Below are positions 46,924 through 56,033 of a DNA stretch of 64,000 nt, one piece after another. The DNA comes from a virus. The position numbers were made by a program, and so were the translations under genes. The stretch spans positions 32,001-96,000 of IMG/VR virus record IMGVR_UViG_3300034683_000192, one strand, 5' to 3'. The notes beneath the pieces were generated by a model. The model had not been told where the DNA came from. It ran no database searches and saw only the letters and a list, made by a program, of their open reading frames with translations. Numbering within the stretch: the stretch's first letter is position 1; each line of letters starts with the position of its first letter.

Positions 46924-47982
46924 TTATTCGTGGTCACCTTCGAGATGGTAATCTCGACCGAGATCCATCGTTACTCGTGGGGTAATAGTTCTCAGAAATT
47001 CTGCCGTGTGATCGATATGGAAAATTAGATGGCCATCCACACATTTGACACACGTCGCGCTGACTACTACTTTGGAAAAATCAGCACTGATCTGTTTGGA
47101 TGGACTCCAAAATTCCTTAATGACTGACTCGTAGCAGGGCGCAGATTCCGCTAACTTCAGTGTGATTTTGGGTGGTGTATCGATGGAAAATTGAACTTTT
47201 TCGACGTCTGCCTGATATATGGTATCAGTACGTAGGTCGTGAATTATTGTTCCCTGCGAATGAAAATAGTCATAGATCTCTGTGTAAGGATCCACGACAA
47301 CTTTTTCACACACGAAACAATCTACCAGATTTACTGAAGAATTATTCTTAGTAATATCTACTTCAATCCCGCGCAGTTTCCCTGTAAATTTTCCGTATGT
47401 TTCCTTATGATTGACACTTACTGTTTTACCCAGATATTTGTCTATGGGGAAAACTGGAATTGTCGCATCAGCGATGATCATTTGTGGTGCACCGTAAGCA
47501 CCAACATTGTGGATTTGCGATCCATCTATGACGGATGTGACATTGGAGGTAAATGCATCGTCTGCATCCGCATATTTGAGATAGTGAAGTTCAGCATGAA
47601 CTGCGATATTCTGTCTATGCGGAATGTAGATCGTTCGGTTCTTTTTTGTATTGAAGTAATTCAGTTCAGCGAGATTGAGTCTGTCGTATGTCGCACCACG
47701 TCTGAGATATTCATTGAGAAATTTTCCCTCAATGTATTTCAGAGAAATCTCATCGAATACGTTCTTCGGGTCAAGTATAGCGTAGTGGTCGGAATTCTTA
47801 TCGTCGATCACCTGTATTTTAAGGGTATTGATGTCCTTTATTTTGTCACAATAGATTCTTGCAACAGTAGGAACGAATTCTTCCGTCGTGTCGAGTACAA
47901 GTTTTGTTGAAAACAGCTTGTCGAGACAATCGGTCAGATTGATCAATTCCTCGAGCTGAGTGAGATGTACTTTTTGAAACAT
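46924..47982 (-). CDS. hypothetical beta-rich protein, paralog array member
   Basis: 352 aa; motifs shared with neighbours (see findings). Confidence 0.7.
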   Translation of the reverse strand: MFQKVHLTQLEELINLTDCLDKLFSTKLVLDTTEEFVPTVARIYCDKIKDINTLKIQVIDDKNSDHYAILDPKNVFDEISLKYIEGKFLNEYLRRGATYDRLNLAELNYFNTKKNRTIYIPHRQNIAVHAELHYLKYADADDAFTSNVTSVIDGSQIHNVGAYGAPQMIIADATIPVFPIDKYLGKTVSVNHKETYGKFTGKLRGIEVDITKNNSSVNLVDCFVCEKVVVDPYTEIYDYFHSQGTIIHDLRTDTIYQADVEKVQFSIDTPPKITLKLAESAPCYESVIKEFWSPSKQISADFSKVVVSATCVKCVDGHLIFHIDHTAEFLRTITPRVTMDLGRDYHLEGDHE

Positions 47983-47993
47983 GACGTTCTCCT

Positions 47994-49049
47994 TTAAGAA
48001 TAGGTAGGTTCAGTCGTATAAATCTCGTTACTCGGATCAATGTAGATCCTGGTGAGAGGATCCGACGAGAATTCGATTTGGTCAATCGGTACTTCAACGT
48101 ATTGTGGAAGATTGTCTATATTTCTCCCTTTCGACATCAGCTGGACCTGATCTGGTTTGACGTAGAATCGAATCTGTATTTGGTCGATGACTACTCGATC
48201 CACGATACCTGGATATTCGTCACCGGTAGCGATATTTCTCACGATGAAGTTACGAGACTTCGTGATTTGTCTGAATAACGTATCCGGATCGAAAGTCTTT
48301 CCGTCGGATTTTCTTGCGAGTATACCTGGATGATCTGTATTGGGAGGACGATTCGGGTAAACTATGATTCTCGTAAGACGATTAAGTACTGTCGATTTGC
48401 CGTCTGGTTTGGTAACTGTAAATGCATCGTCGATGAAATTGGACAATGCGTTTTCCTGTATCAGACTCGAGAGATCGTTGATCGAAGTATATACTTTATC
48501 GTCGCGTACCGCAGAAATCAGACACGCTGGTTCTCCGTCGAATTTGTAAATACTCGGTATTGTGCATTCACGTGGTATGGATATCCACCTATTGAGGCCA
48601 CCAACTTTCAACAATACGTCGAATTGTTCTTTGTATCCTACAATTCCTACGCGATGCGGTCGAAATTGATAGTAATTGTTGTACATGTAGCACCGATCAT
48701 CGATCGACACTGCCAAAATATTTGCGCAAAGATATGCTGGATCTCCATTAGTGGATATACTTAAGTATATTGGAGTATTGAAGATTTTTTGGTAATATTC
48801 CTGAATTACTGCGATATCAAATTCGGGATATTTCGATTTGCAGTAATGTTCCAGATCATCTTTCGATATGAACACACCACTTTCAGGATATCGAGTAGAG
48901 GTAATCGATACTTGAAGATCACCATGAATTCGAATTTGTTCTGGAATAGGCGGAAGCCCTTCATCGTCATCTTCTATTGACTTGAGTGGGTAATTGAACA
49001 GCAGTTTATACATTATCTGGACCATAGTTTCTTGTGCGGAAGTGGTCAT
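47994..49049 (-). CDS. hypothetical beta-rich protein, paralog array member
   Basis: 351 aa; GAGGA SD. Confidence 0.7.
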   Translation of the reverse strand: MTTSAQETMVQIMYKLLFNYPLKSIEDDDEGLPPIPEQIRIHGDLQVSITSTRYPESGVFISKDDLEHYCKSKYPEFDIAVIQEYYQKIFNTPIYLSISTNGDPAYLCANILAVSIDDRCYMYNNYYQFRPHRVGIVGYKEQFDVLLKVGGLNRWISIPRECTIPSIYKFDGEPACLISAVRDDKVYTSINDLSSLIQENALSNFIDDAFTVTKPDGKSTVLNRLTRIIVYPNRPPNTDHPGILARKSDGKTFDPDTLFRQITKSRNFIVRNIATGDEYPGIVDRVVIDQIQIRFYVKPDQVQLMSKGRNIDNLPQYVEVPIDQIEFSSDPLTRIYIDPSNEIYTTEPTYS

Positions 49050-49077
49050 AAAAATTCCTCGTCGGTCTAATAGTTAT

Positions 49078-49103
49078 CCGGTAGGGGATTTATCCCCTAC
49101 CGG
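49078..49103. terminator. hairpin
   Basis: CCGGTAGGGGAT TT ATCCCCTACCGG. Confidence 0.7.
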
Positions 49104-49126
49104 TAGTTTGTCCTATATGCTACGCC

Positions 49127-49585
49127 CTAGCCAGGATATGGAAATTCGGCAAATGTCTCGGGTACTTTATAGCACCCAAAACAGTCGTCTACTTCTTTGA
49201 GGTCGGAAAGCTTGAACTTGGTTACGATACCACTACGGTGTTCACAAAGACCGATCATTGTGGATTCAGGAGTTTCTATCAAGTCGACATATTGCAACGG
49301 AGAGAATTGATAAAATACACCATGATCCAGTTTGAACGGAACGAGAACTGTCGCATCTCTGATAGCATCGTAGATATGTGATGCACTGAGACACTGACTT
49401 TTGGTGAATACCGACATTCCGTCGGCAAGAAGAATTTCGATGCAGTATTTTTTACGAACACCCCAGAATCTAAAACAAGAAATGTCCGCAGTCTTATTGG
49501 TATTCTTGACGAGAAGATTTACGGAATGCCCGATGTAATGACGAAAGTAGTCAACTTCGTAAATGAGACTGGTAAGTTCCAACAT
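49127..49585 (-). CDS. hypothetical protein, paralog array member
   Basis: Track start lies inside a palindrome; MLELT start with AAGGA SD preferred. Confidence 0.7.
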   Translation of the reverse strand: MLELTSLIYEVDYFRHYIGHSVNLLVKNTNKTADISCFRFWGVRKKYCIEILLADGMSVFTKSQCLSASHIYDAIRDATVLVPFKLDHGVFYQFSPLQYVDLIETPESTMIGLCEHRSGIVTKFKLSDLKEVDDCFGCYKVPETFAEFPYPG

Positions 49586-49606
49586 GATGAATGTTCCTTT
49601 AGCTAT

Positions 49607-49636
49607 CAGGTAGGGATCCAATTGGATCCCTACCTG
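49607..49636. terminator. perfect 30-bp palindrome
   Basis: CAGGTAGGGATCCAA|TTGGATCCCTACCTG. Confidence 0.75.
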
Positions 49637-49647
49637 GAGATGGTGGA

Positions 49648-50238
49648 TTATTTCACATTGTCTTTGTGGAGATGATACACCCCCGATACCCCGTCAACCG
49701 GGATAAGTTCAGTGAGATCGTACAGGAATACCGTTTTGCGAAATCCCACGTGATTCCGATACGACAGAGAAAGCCTGAGTTCTACTGCTTCGAGGTGAGT
49801 GATCTGTACCTCCGTACCGGTATGGGAATATTCCGTCACTTGGTCCAGACGAATCTCTGCAACTTCTGCTGGGCGAAATATTACCGAGTATTCGTCTTGT
49901 CGCGGATTCGATGGATCTGGCGAACAGTATCTGACTGGAATCAGTACCGTCGAGTACGCAAGTGGTGTAAGTATCGACTGTACGGCAATAGCCGGATGAG
50001 AAGAACGCACACATATACGCGAGCGTCTTTCTCTGGTCTCGACTGTAACTTGCCCGAAGTTGAACACTCCACCAATACACACGCTCGTGATTTTGTCGTC
50101 AGGGTATTCGCAGTCGAAGTGGTCACCGGATCTTGTTCCGATGAGTTCTTCGATGTGTTTGAGCCTATCAGGAAGCTCTAGCAAACTCATGAAGGTAACT
50201 TCTCGCACTAGCTCCTCCTTATTCGGAAGTATCTTCAA
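49648..50238 (-). CDS. hypothetical protein, paralog array member
   Basis: 196 aa; overlaps the upstream gene end. Confidence 0.7.
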   Translation of the reverse strand: MKILPNKEELVREVTFMSLLELPDRLKHIEELIGTRSGDHFDCEYPDDKITSVCIGGVFNFGQVTVETRERRSRICVRSSHPAIAVQSILTPLAYSTVLIPVRYCSPDPSNPRQDEYSVIFRPAEVAEIRLDQVTEYSHTGTEVQITHLEAVELRLSLSYRNHVGFRKTVFLYDLTELIPVDGVSGVYHLHKDNVK

Positions 50239-50761
50239 TCAGATACAGACCTGATCGGTATTCTTTCAACCGATCGATTGAGATCTGTGCCGACGTTGTA
50301 CCATTTCCGAGATTCCGTACCACCACGAATTCATCGATGGGAAGATGCGGCCCACATTGAGTGAAGACAATTTCCCCGAGTACGCCAGGAATGATGGCTA
50401 TTCTGTGGCCGTAATCTTCTTGTTCGCAACCGGAGTGAATGAACCCGAGTAGATGAAGATACTTGATCGAATCTTTCTTCATGTCGATCTTCCACACCAG
50501 TTTGCATGCGGGAGAAAGATAGGAAGCTTTCGCGTACGACCCTGTGACAGATAGTTCCAACTTCACCGTGTGGATAGTGAAGCTCGCGTTTTCGTCGTAC
50601 TTGGTAAATTCCGGAAGACCCTTGTGTGTCAGAGACATTTTCAGGTCTCCGTACGACTTCAGGATGTACTGTTTGACATCCTTCATGTTCTTCCCGACCA
50701 AGCTACGCAATGTCATAAGTTCCGGAACATGATGCTTGGTGAATTTGGGTTCGAAGATCAT
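50219..50761 (-). CDS. hypothetical protein, paralog array member
   Basis: 180 aa; AAGGA SD. Confidence 0.7.
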   Translation of the reverse strand: MIFEPKFTKHHVPELMTLRSLVGKNMKDVKQYILKSYGDLKMSLTHKGLPEFTKYDENASFTIHTVKLELSVTGSYAKASYLSPACKLVWKIDMKKDSIKYLHLLGFIHSGCEQEDYGHRIAIIPGVLGEIVFTQCGPHLPIDEFVVVRNLGNGTTSAQISIDRLKEYRSGLYLIEDTSE

Positions 50762-50921
50762 TCTTCCTTCCTTGCAGTAGGATATATCAAAATGCAGTTG
50801 TTGCGAAAATCAAGCTGATGATAGTGGTATTCTTTTTCCACCACCTCACCAAGATCATAGGTACTCAGAATATGGGGATTGCCATCAACGGTGGTTGAAC
50901 TTCGATTTTGGAGTATTTCAT
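50758..50921 (-). pseudogene. frameshifted small gene (about 54 aa if one base is restored)
   Basis: SD+ATG frame closes after 18 codons; the -1 frame stays open to a TGA overlapping the next ATG; span is 164 nt. Confidence 0.5.
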
Positions 50922-50937
50922 TTGAATATCCTTGTGG

Positions 50938-50963
50938 TCGGGAGGGGATTTCTCCCCTCCCGA
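50938..50963. terminator. hairpin
   Basis: TCGGGAGGGGA TTTC TCCCCTCCCGA. Confidence 0.7.
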
Positions 50964-50970
50964 TGATTGA

Positions 50971-51603
50971 TCATTTGCTTTCGAGTATCCGTACCTGAAA
51001 CAAGTCGTCGTCGTGCGAATCTTCGAAAAACTCACACTGAGAAAGCCGGATGGTCAGGAGGTCGTCGGTCTCATTTCCGGGAAGATGCACAGCACGAAGT
51101 ACGAGCTTGGTGTCGTATCCTTTCAGTCCGACAGCATTGCAGAGAATGAGTGCGTGCGGAAAATAAGTCGTGTACATGGGGACAGATCGTACTTCACCAC
51201 CCGGTGTCTGGTACAGGCTCTGAGTTTCTACGACGAACAGCTTGTTCTCGATTCTCCACATTTCTTCGAGCAGCGGATCGAATTGCTCGACGTCGACTTC
51301 GATGGATATCGGATTTTCGCAATGTCCAGCCGCGGTAAGCCGAACATTGGCGTGTCTGGTTACGGGAATGTAGACTTCATTGATCGTTTCCGTACCCCAC
51401 ACTTCAGTAGGTTCCAGATCCTTTCGACGACGTATGCTCACTCGAATCGGTGCAGCGATCAGCGAGTACATCGAGTCCAGCCATTCGAGCATCGGATTTA
51501 CCGGGCCAGCGAGCAGCCCGCTACTGGTTCTCGAATCTTCCTTGTACGTGAAGAGATCGTTCCCGAATGGGAATTCTTTGGCTACCGATGCTTCTTCTAC
51601 CAT
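50971..51603 (-). CDS. hypothetical protein, paralog array member
   Basis: 210 aa; coupled to the upstream gene. Confidence 0.7.
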   Translation of the reverse strand: MVEEASVAKEFPFGNDLFTYKEDSRTSSGLLAGPVNPMLEWLDSMYSLIAAPIRVSIRRRKDLEPTEVWGTETINEVYIPVTRHANVRLTAAGHCENPISIEVDVEQFDPLLEEMWRIENKLFVVETQSLYQTPGGEVRSVPMYTTYFPHALILCNAVGLKGYDTKLVLRAVHLPGNETDDLLTIRLSQCEFFEDSHDDDLFQVRILESK

Positions 51604-51923
51604 GTGACTTTCCTCACTCGATGTTTGGTGTAGGTAAGGGGATAGCGTCCTTGCCCGCAGACAGGAAGAACTTTGTCAAACTGTCCGATTGTAGGATCGA
51701 TCCACCAAGAATCTGCGACCACCCAAGTATGGCTGACGTCATCTATGGTTGCCACATGTACACTCATTTGTGATGGATCAAATCCTGCAGCTACGAGCAT
51801 AGATAAAGCGAGCGACACCATCTGTCCGCACTTGTAACATCCAGCACCATATTCTCCGTCCGGACCAAAGTGGTCCGCGAGGAAGTTGGCGATGGTTTCC
51901 GGAGACTTACTTTTTCCGTTCAT
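51597..51923 (-). CDS. minimal transglutaminase/papain-like Cys-His-Asp protein
   Basis: GCYKCGQMVSLALSML, HTWVV and WIDPTIGQF give a C-H-D triad in TGase-core order. Confidence 0.6.
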   Translation of the reverse strand: MNGKSKSPETIANFLADHFGPDGEYGAGCYKCGQMVSLALSMLVAAGFDPSQMSVHVATIDDVSHTWVVADSWWIDPTIGQFDKVLPVCGQGRYPLTYTKHRVRKVTW

Positions 51924-52407
51924 AGTTCATCTCCGAAAAGTTCATCTGGTGCTCGGGGATTTTGATGGAATAGCAATGAGGGAAATCTTCCACGGGATTC
52001 ACAGGAGTCGATTTCAAATCGACAATCAATTGACCCCACTTCTTTCCATTGATCGGTCTGGTCAGAAACAGTTTGACGAGAGGCTTTTTGTAGAAGTTGT
52101 TCCACACCACGATATGACTCAGGGTATAGAACCTGGTGATCGGCTTACCTTTCTTGGTAAGCTCGGAAGTCAGAAACGAAACATGTCTGTACATGTCGAA
52201 TACTTCATCCGACACGTATTGGTCGACGACCAGTCTGGTCTTGACTGATACGGATGCAGCGTCCTTCGGGTCCGTTATGAAAATTTCATTCCCTCTGGGG
52301 CAGATGTGTACCACATGTTTTCCGCAGGCATTCCCGTCGAGATGAGTAATCGTCTCGTACAGGGAATCGAACCCGTGGGCAACACCAGATGCGAAAAGAT
52401 GACACAT
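51907..52407 (-). CDS. hypothetical protein (first gene of an early operon)
   Basis: 166 aa; AAGGA SD; TATATTAC upstream. Confidence 0.75.
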   Translation of the reverse strand: MCHLFASGVAHGFDSLYETITHLDGNACGKHVVHICPRGNEIFITDPKDAASVSVKTRLVVDQYVSDEVFDMYRHVSFLTSELTKKGKPITRFYTLSHIVVWNNFYKKPLVKLFLTRPINGKKWGQLIVDLKSTPVNPVEDFPHCYSIKIPEHQMNFSEMNYERKK

Positions 52408-52450
52408 GTGAAATTTCCTTTGGTTTAGGTTAGTGAAACATATCAGATTT

Positions 52451-52458
52451 GTAATATA
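52451..52458 (-). promoter_or_regulatory. early promoter TATATTAC
   Basis: Exact consensus. Confidence 0.8.
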
Positions 52459-52472
52459 TACACAAAACCATG

Positions 52473-52503
52473 CTCATCTAGGAGGGATATCCCCCTAGAT
52501 GAG
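52473..52503. terminator. near-perfect palindrome
   Basis: CTCATCTAGGAGGGAT|ATCCCCCTAGATGAG. Confidence 0.72.
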
Positions 52504-52523
52504 TGAGTAGGCGTAGTCTTGAA

Positions 52524-52742
52524 TTATTCGTTGATCCCATAGCCGTTGCGAAGATACCCTTCATCGTAGAAGAATCTGGTAGGATTCTTGAAGAACCCGT
52601 CCATTACCTTCGATGACTCAAGTATGACTTGTGCCCCATCTATCAGAGCGATGGATTTGGCCTGTTCCTTCGTAACAAAACTCCAGGATTTCACGAACAA
52701 TTTCTGTGTTTTGATGTCTTTCTGAAGAGTGACTAGAATCAT
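52524..52742 (-). CDS. small hypothetical protein
   Basis: 72 aa; GGAGG SD; end of a late operon. Confidence 0.65.
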   Translation of the reverse strand: MILVTLQKDIKTQKLFVKSWSFVTKEQAKSIALIDGAQVILESSKVMDGFFKNPTRFFYDEGYLRNGYGINE

Positions 52743-52756
52743 GTAACTATCCTCCT

Positions 52757-54652
52757 TTAGAGGAAGATAAGAACATGACGCATGTTCAGCTGATTCGAAG
52801 TCGGACCAGCAGTGATGTCTGCATTCACCGACAGTTCGAGCTTCTTGGTCACCTGATTTCTGGTAAGCATCGCGTTGATATACGCAGGCTTGCCGTTGTA
52901 CGTGAATGCTCCGGAACCAACAAGATTCTCGGAACCAGGGACGACATCAAGCGTGATCGGGAAGTTGTTCGCACCGACTTCTTCGAGATCGATTCGAATC
53001 TTCCTGATATTCTTGATATCCGTATCATCTTCAAGAAGATGTACGAGTGTGAAGTTCTTCCATCCGCTGTTCGGACGGTTGAGTGCTTCTGACCCAGCCC
53101 AGACGATGTGTCCATCAGGGAATGGGGTCATGTAGCTCACCTGACGAGAATCAGGATTCATTGTATCCCAGACGTGATTTCCACTGGGAAGAGTAAGCGT
53201 GTCATCTTCAGGAAGTACGGAGATTTCAGGGTCAGGAATAAGAATCCAGCACGACTCGTTACCACTCCAGTCTTCGACTGCGATGGTTTCTTCACGTACC
53301 GTCTTCAATCTGAGACCAACCTGCAGATAAATCCCAGAACCTTCGACCGTATTTTCATTCCAGATGATTCTGAACTGAGGACGAATGATGTTTTCAAGTT
53401 CAGAGTAATCTTCGAACGGAACATATCCCTTTGGATACGTCGCAGACAGACACGTCACATTCAGCTTGTTTGTCGGATTCGTGATGTTCACATTGACGAT
53501 AGCGTCGAATGCAAACTGCGTGAGCAGTGACGTGAACCTGAGCTTCATGGTATCCGACAGAACGACCTGATCAGATCCTTCTACCTTGAAGAGTTTTGCG
53601 ATTGTCCACCAGTGCAAAGCCGTATCATCCGCAGCGATACGTTTCTTCAGGCACCGGCCATTGGACATATCGCCATACGAAGGACGACCTGTGGCGATGA
53701 GTCTGCGCATTTCTTCCTCCAGTTGAAGAATTTTGTTTCGCATGAGTACGATCGACGGAGCATCGCCGACAGTAGATGCAGTCATGATTTCTGCGTTGAC
53801 CAGATAGTCAAGCATGTTGTCCTGATTTTCATAAAGTGCGCGAATGTCGTTGAGGGTAGGATCTCCACCAAATGCATGGTAGTCGATCTTGACTTCACCG
53901 ACAAATGCTTTCTTCAAAAGAATAAATTCGTATACACCAGAAGTCACAGAACAAAGCTTTGTCTTGTGAAGATTGCTGCCAAACTTGACATAGTCTTCAC
54001 CTTCGACGAGTAGTGCTCCGGTGGAGTTGCTGTACACTTTGAGGCTATCCCCATAGTAAGCTCCTCCGATCGGGTGAATCGAAGATATGCCTTCAGGGAC
54101 ATTCACCAAGTGTATTTCATTTTGAATGAAGTTGCTGGTGTTCTCCATCGTGAGGTCCACTTCAAGAAGAAGTGGATTGGTCTCGACTATGGTGTGGATA
54201 TCCTTCACAGGGGAGAGCAAGAGCTCATGTCTGCGAATGGTTTCGACCATGTCGAGAATGAGTTCAGGAGAAACATCAAGCCGTTCCTTAGTCGGATCAA
54301 GTACGATCTTCGAAATGACTGGAAGGTTTGACTGGTAAACCATTCCGATCTTGTACTTGTAACCTGCGTAAGGCTTGATGATTGTGATGCTCTTGACAAG
54401 AATCTTGTCGAACGTATCGTCGATAAGTTGCATCTCTGCCATCGACGAATAGTCAATGTCATCCGCCGCAACTGCCCAATCCACGTTCACGAGCATGGTG
54501 CGATTGATTGTACCGAGCAGAGTCATCTGGATTGAATCAGCGTATACTGGACGACTGAATTCAATCTTCTGATCTGCCGTGATAATCAACCGGATATCAT
54601 TGTCTGTTTTGTACAGAACATTTTGTCCGGTGAGGTCATATTCAAAATACAT
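52757..54652 (-). CDS. phiKZ-like tail/virion structural protein
   Basis: YFEYDLTG and LEVDLTMENTSNFIQNEIH...GAYYGDSL...LVEGEDY are recurrent jumbo-phage tail-protein motifs. Confidence 0.7.
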   Translation of the reverse strand: MYFEYDLTGQNVLYKTDNDIRLIITADQKIEFSRPVYADSIQMTLLGTINRTMLVNVDWAVAADDIDYSSMAEMQLIDDTFDKILVKSITIIKPYAGYKYKIGMVYQSNLPVISKIVLDPTKERLDVSPELILDMVETIRRHELLLSPVKDIHTIVETNPLLLEVDLTMENTSNFIQNEIHLVNVPEGISSIHPIGGAYYGDSLKVYSNSTGALLVEGEDYVKFGSNLHKTKLCSVTSGVYEFILLKKAFVGEVKIDYHAFGGDPTLNDIRALYENQDNMLDYLVNAEIMTASTVGDAPSIVLMRNKILQLEEEMRRLIATGRPSYGDMSNGRCLKKRIAADDTALHWWTIAKLFKVEGSDQVVLSDTMKLRFTSLLTQFAFDAIVNVNITNPTNKLNVTCLSATYPKGYVPFEDYSELENIIRPQFRIIWNENTVEGSGIYLQVGLRLKTVREETIAVEDWSGNESCWILIPDPEISVLPEDDTLTLPSGNHVWDTMNPDSRQVSYMTPFPDGHIVWAGSEALNRPNSGWKNFTLVHLLEDDTDIKNIRKIRIDLEEVGANNFPITLDVVPGSENLVGSGAFTYNGKPAYINAMLTRNQVTKKLELSVNADITAGPTSNQLNMRHVLIFL

Positions 54653-54667
54653 TCCATACTCCTTCAG

Positions 54668-55279
54668 TTACGGATTGGAAGTAAGACTCATGAGTTTTGC
54701 TTGGTAGGCTGCAATGATTCCAGCCAACCTTGCATTTTCTTTTCTCAATTCAACATTCTCGCCAAAGTAGTTGACGATATCGATTCCGTTCTGTCGTCGA
54801 TCCTGTACAACCTGAGAGTATTCTTCATCAGTTAAGTACACATCGTTAACGGTCATCGTAAGAGGAGCATCAGTTATTCCGAACATCTTCGAGATAAGTT
54901 CAGATACATTCGATTTGATGTGAGTCAACTCTTCGGCATCTTTACATGCACCAAACTTAAAAGCTAGTGCAAGTACTGGATATCTCTTGACGTTGTGATC
55001 GGGTACGAACGAACAGATCCCTTCAGGTACGTAGTACACGATACTGGAATCTGTTGGGGAAACCAACTTGAAAATGCTCTGAGTACGGTAGTATTCTGAA
55101 TCAGTATCAAGTTGTGATTCGGTTTTGTTCACATGTGTGTAAAGCCCATCGAAGAGGTTCAATCCATCTTCAAGGAGCTCGTCGTACGTATAAATTTTGA
55201 GAACCGTATAAATTCCATCCAATGACGAGAAATCGACATTGAATTTGAATTTGTAGATCCAGCCTACGTTAAGCTGCAT
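54668..55279 (-). CDS. conserved phiKZ-like virion protein
   Basis: 203 aa; GIYTVLKIYTYDEL pattern; C-terminal coiled coil; TATG upstream. Confidence 0.6.
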   Translation of the reverse strand: MQLNVGWIYKFKFNVDFSSLDGIYTVLKIYTYDELLEDGLNLFDGLYTHVNKTESQLDTDSEYYRTQSIFKLVSPTDSSIVYYVPEGICSFVPDHNVKRYPVLALAFKFGACKDAEELTHIKSNVSELISKMFGITDAPLTMTVNDVYLTDEEYSQVVQDRRQNGIDIVNYFGENVELRKENARLAGIIAAYQAKLMSLTSNP

Positions 55280-55334
55280 GATGTATCCTCCCTACATGAT
55301 GACACATAGAATATCGAAAAGCATAAATATTCAT

Positions 55335-55370
55335 CTAGAGAAGGACCCCCAGTCGGGATCCTTCTCTTAG
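55335..55370. terminator. imperfect hairpin (coordinates approximate)
   Basis: CTAGAGAAGGA...TCCTTCTCTTAG. Confidence 0.6.
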
Positions 55371-55374
55371 TAGA

Positions 55375-56016
55375 TTACACCTTGAAATCACAAAGACGGT
55401 CATCGGGAGTATTCTCAAGCTCATCTCGCTTGTCTCTCTCCCATTTGTGGCATTGTTCTGCGTATATCTGTGCTTCGCGCTGAACACGTACACACAAATC
55501 ATACGTCATGACAATCCACGCCCCGTTTGAAGCCTGCCATGTGCACGAATAGTTTTTGTTATCTTCGTGCGCATGAATGAATGCCATATATCTCGTCTGT
55601 GCGATATCGTTGGCGTTGAATTTCACGCCATCGACAGTAACACCATGATTGATCTTTCTTTTTCGAGAATTCTCGATCTTGAGCAGTAGCTCTTCTCGAA
55701 GAATTGTGGTCGGTTTTGTCGGTGGTTCAAATGAACATTCTTCAGGGATATCTCCTGGAAGAATCACTGGAATACCAGGAGAGCACCAACTCATTCCTGG
55801 TTCCCAATAAGTCTTTCCTCGATGGTCTATTTCATACACCCAAGAATTATCCAGAACATCCCTGCAGATTGCATATCCTTCTCTCGGTGGAGGAGGTACT
55901 TCATCTGTTTGATAAAGTGTCGGAACGTGATCAGTAGGAACCATCACTGAGCCCAAACATTCGTGGGGGTATGTTGAGCTCCAACCGTAAAGGATTTTTG
56001 TGGAGGTATCAGACAT
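55375..56016 (-). CDS. tail fibre assembly chaperone-like protein (Tfa N-terminus + DUF4376-like C-terminus)
   Basis: PPPPREGYAI...WVYEIDHRGKTYW, and GVTVDGVKFNA...WQASNG. Confidence 0.75.
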   Translation of the reverse strand: MSDTSTKILYGWSSTYPHECLGSVMVPTDHVPTLYQTDEVPPPPREGYAICRDVLDNSWVYEIDHRGKTYWEPGMSWCSPGIPVILPGDIPEECSFEPPTKPTTILREELLLKIENSRKRKINHGVTVDGVKFNANDIAQTRYMAFIHAHEDNKNYSCTWQASNGAWIVMTYDLCVRVQREAQIYAEQCHKWERDKRDELENTPDDRLCDFKV

Positions 56017-56033
56017 AGCTTAGTCCTCATCGA

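Noticed and set aside
50758-50973. TGA readthrough from 50971-51603 into the downstream open frame
   Set aside because: The frame is continuous but crosses a terminator-like hairpin; a frameshifted small gene with its own SD is the simpler explanation
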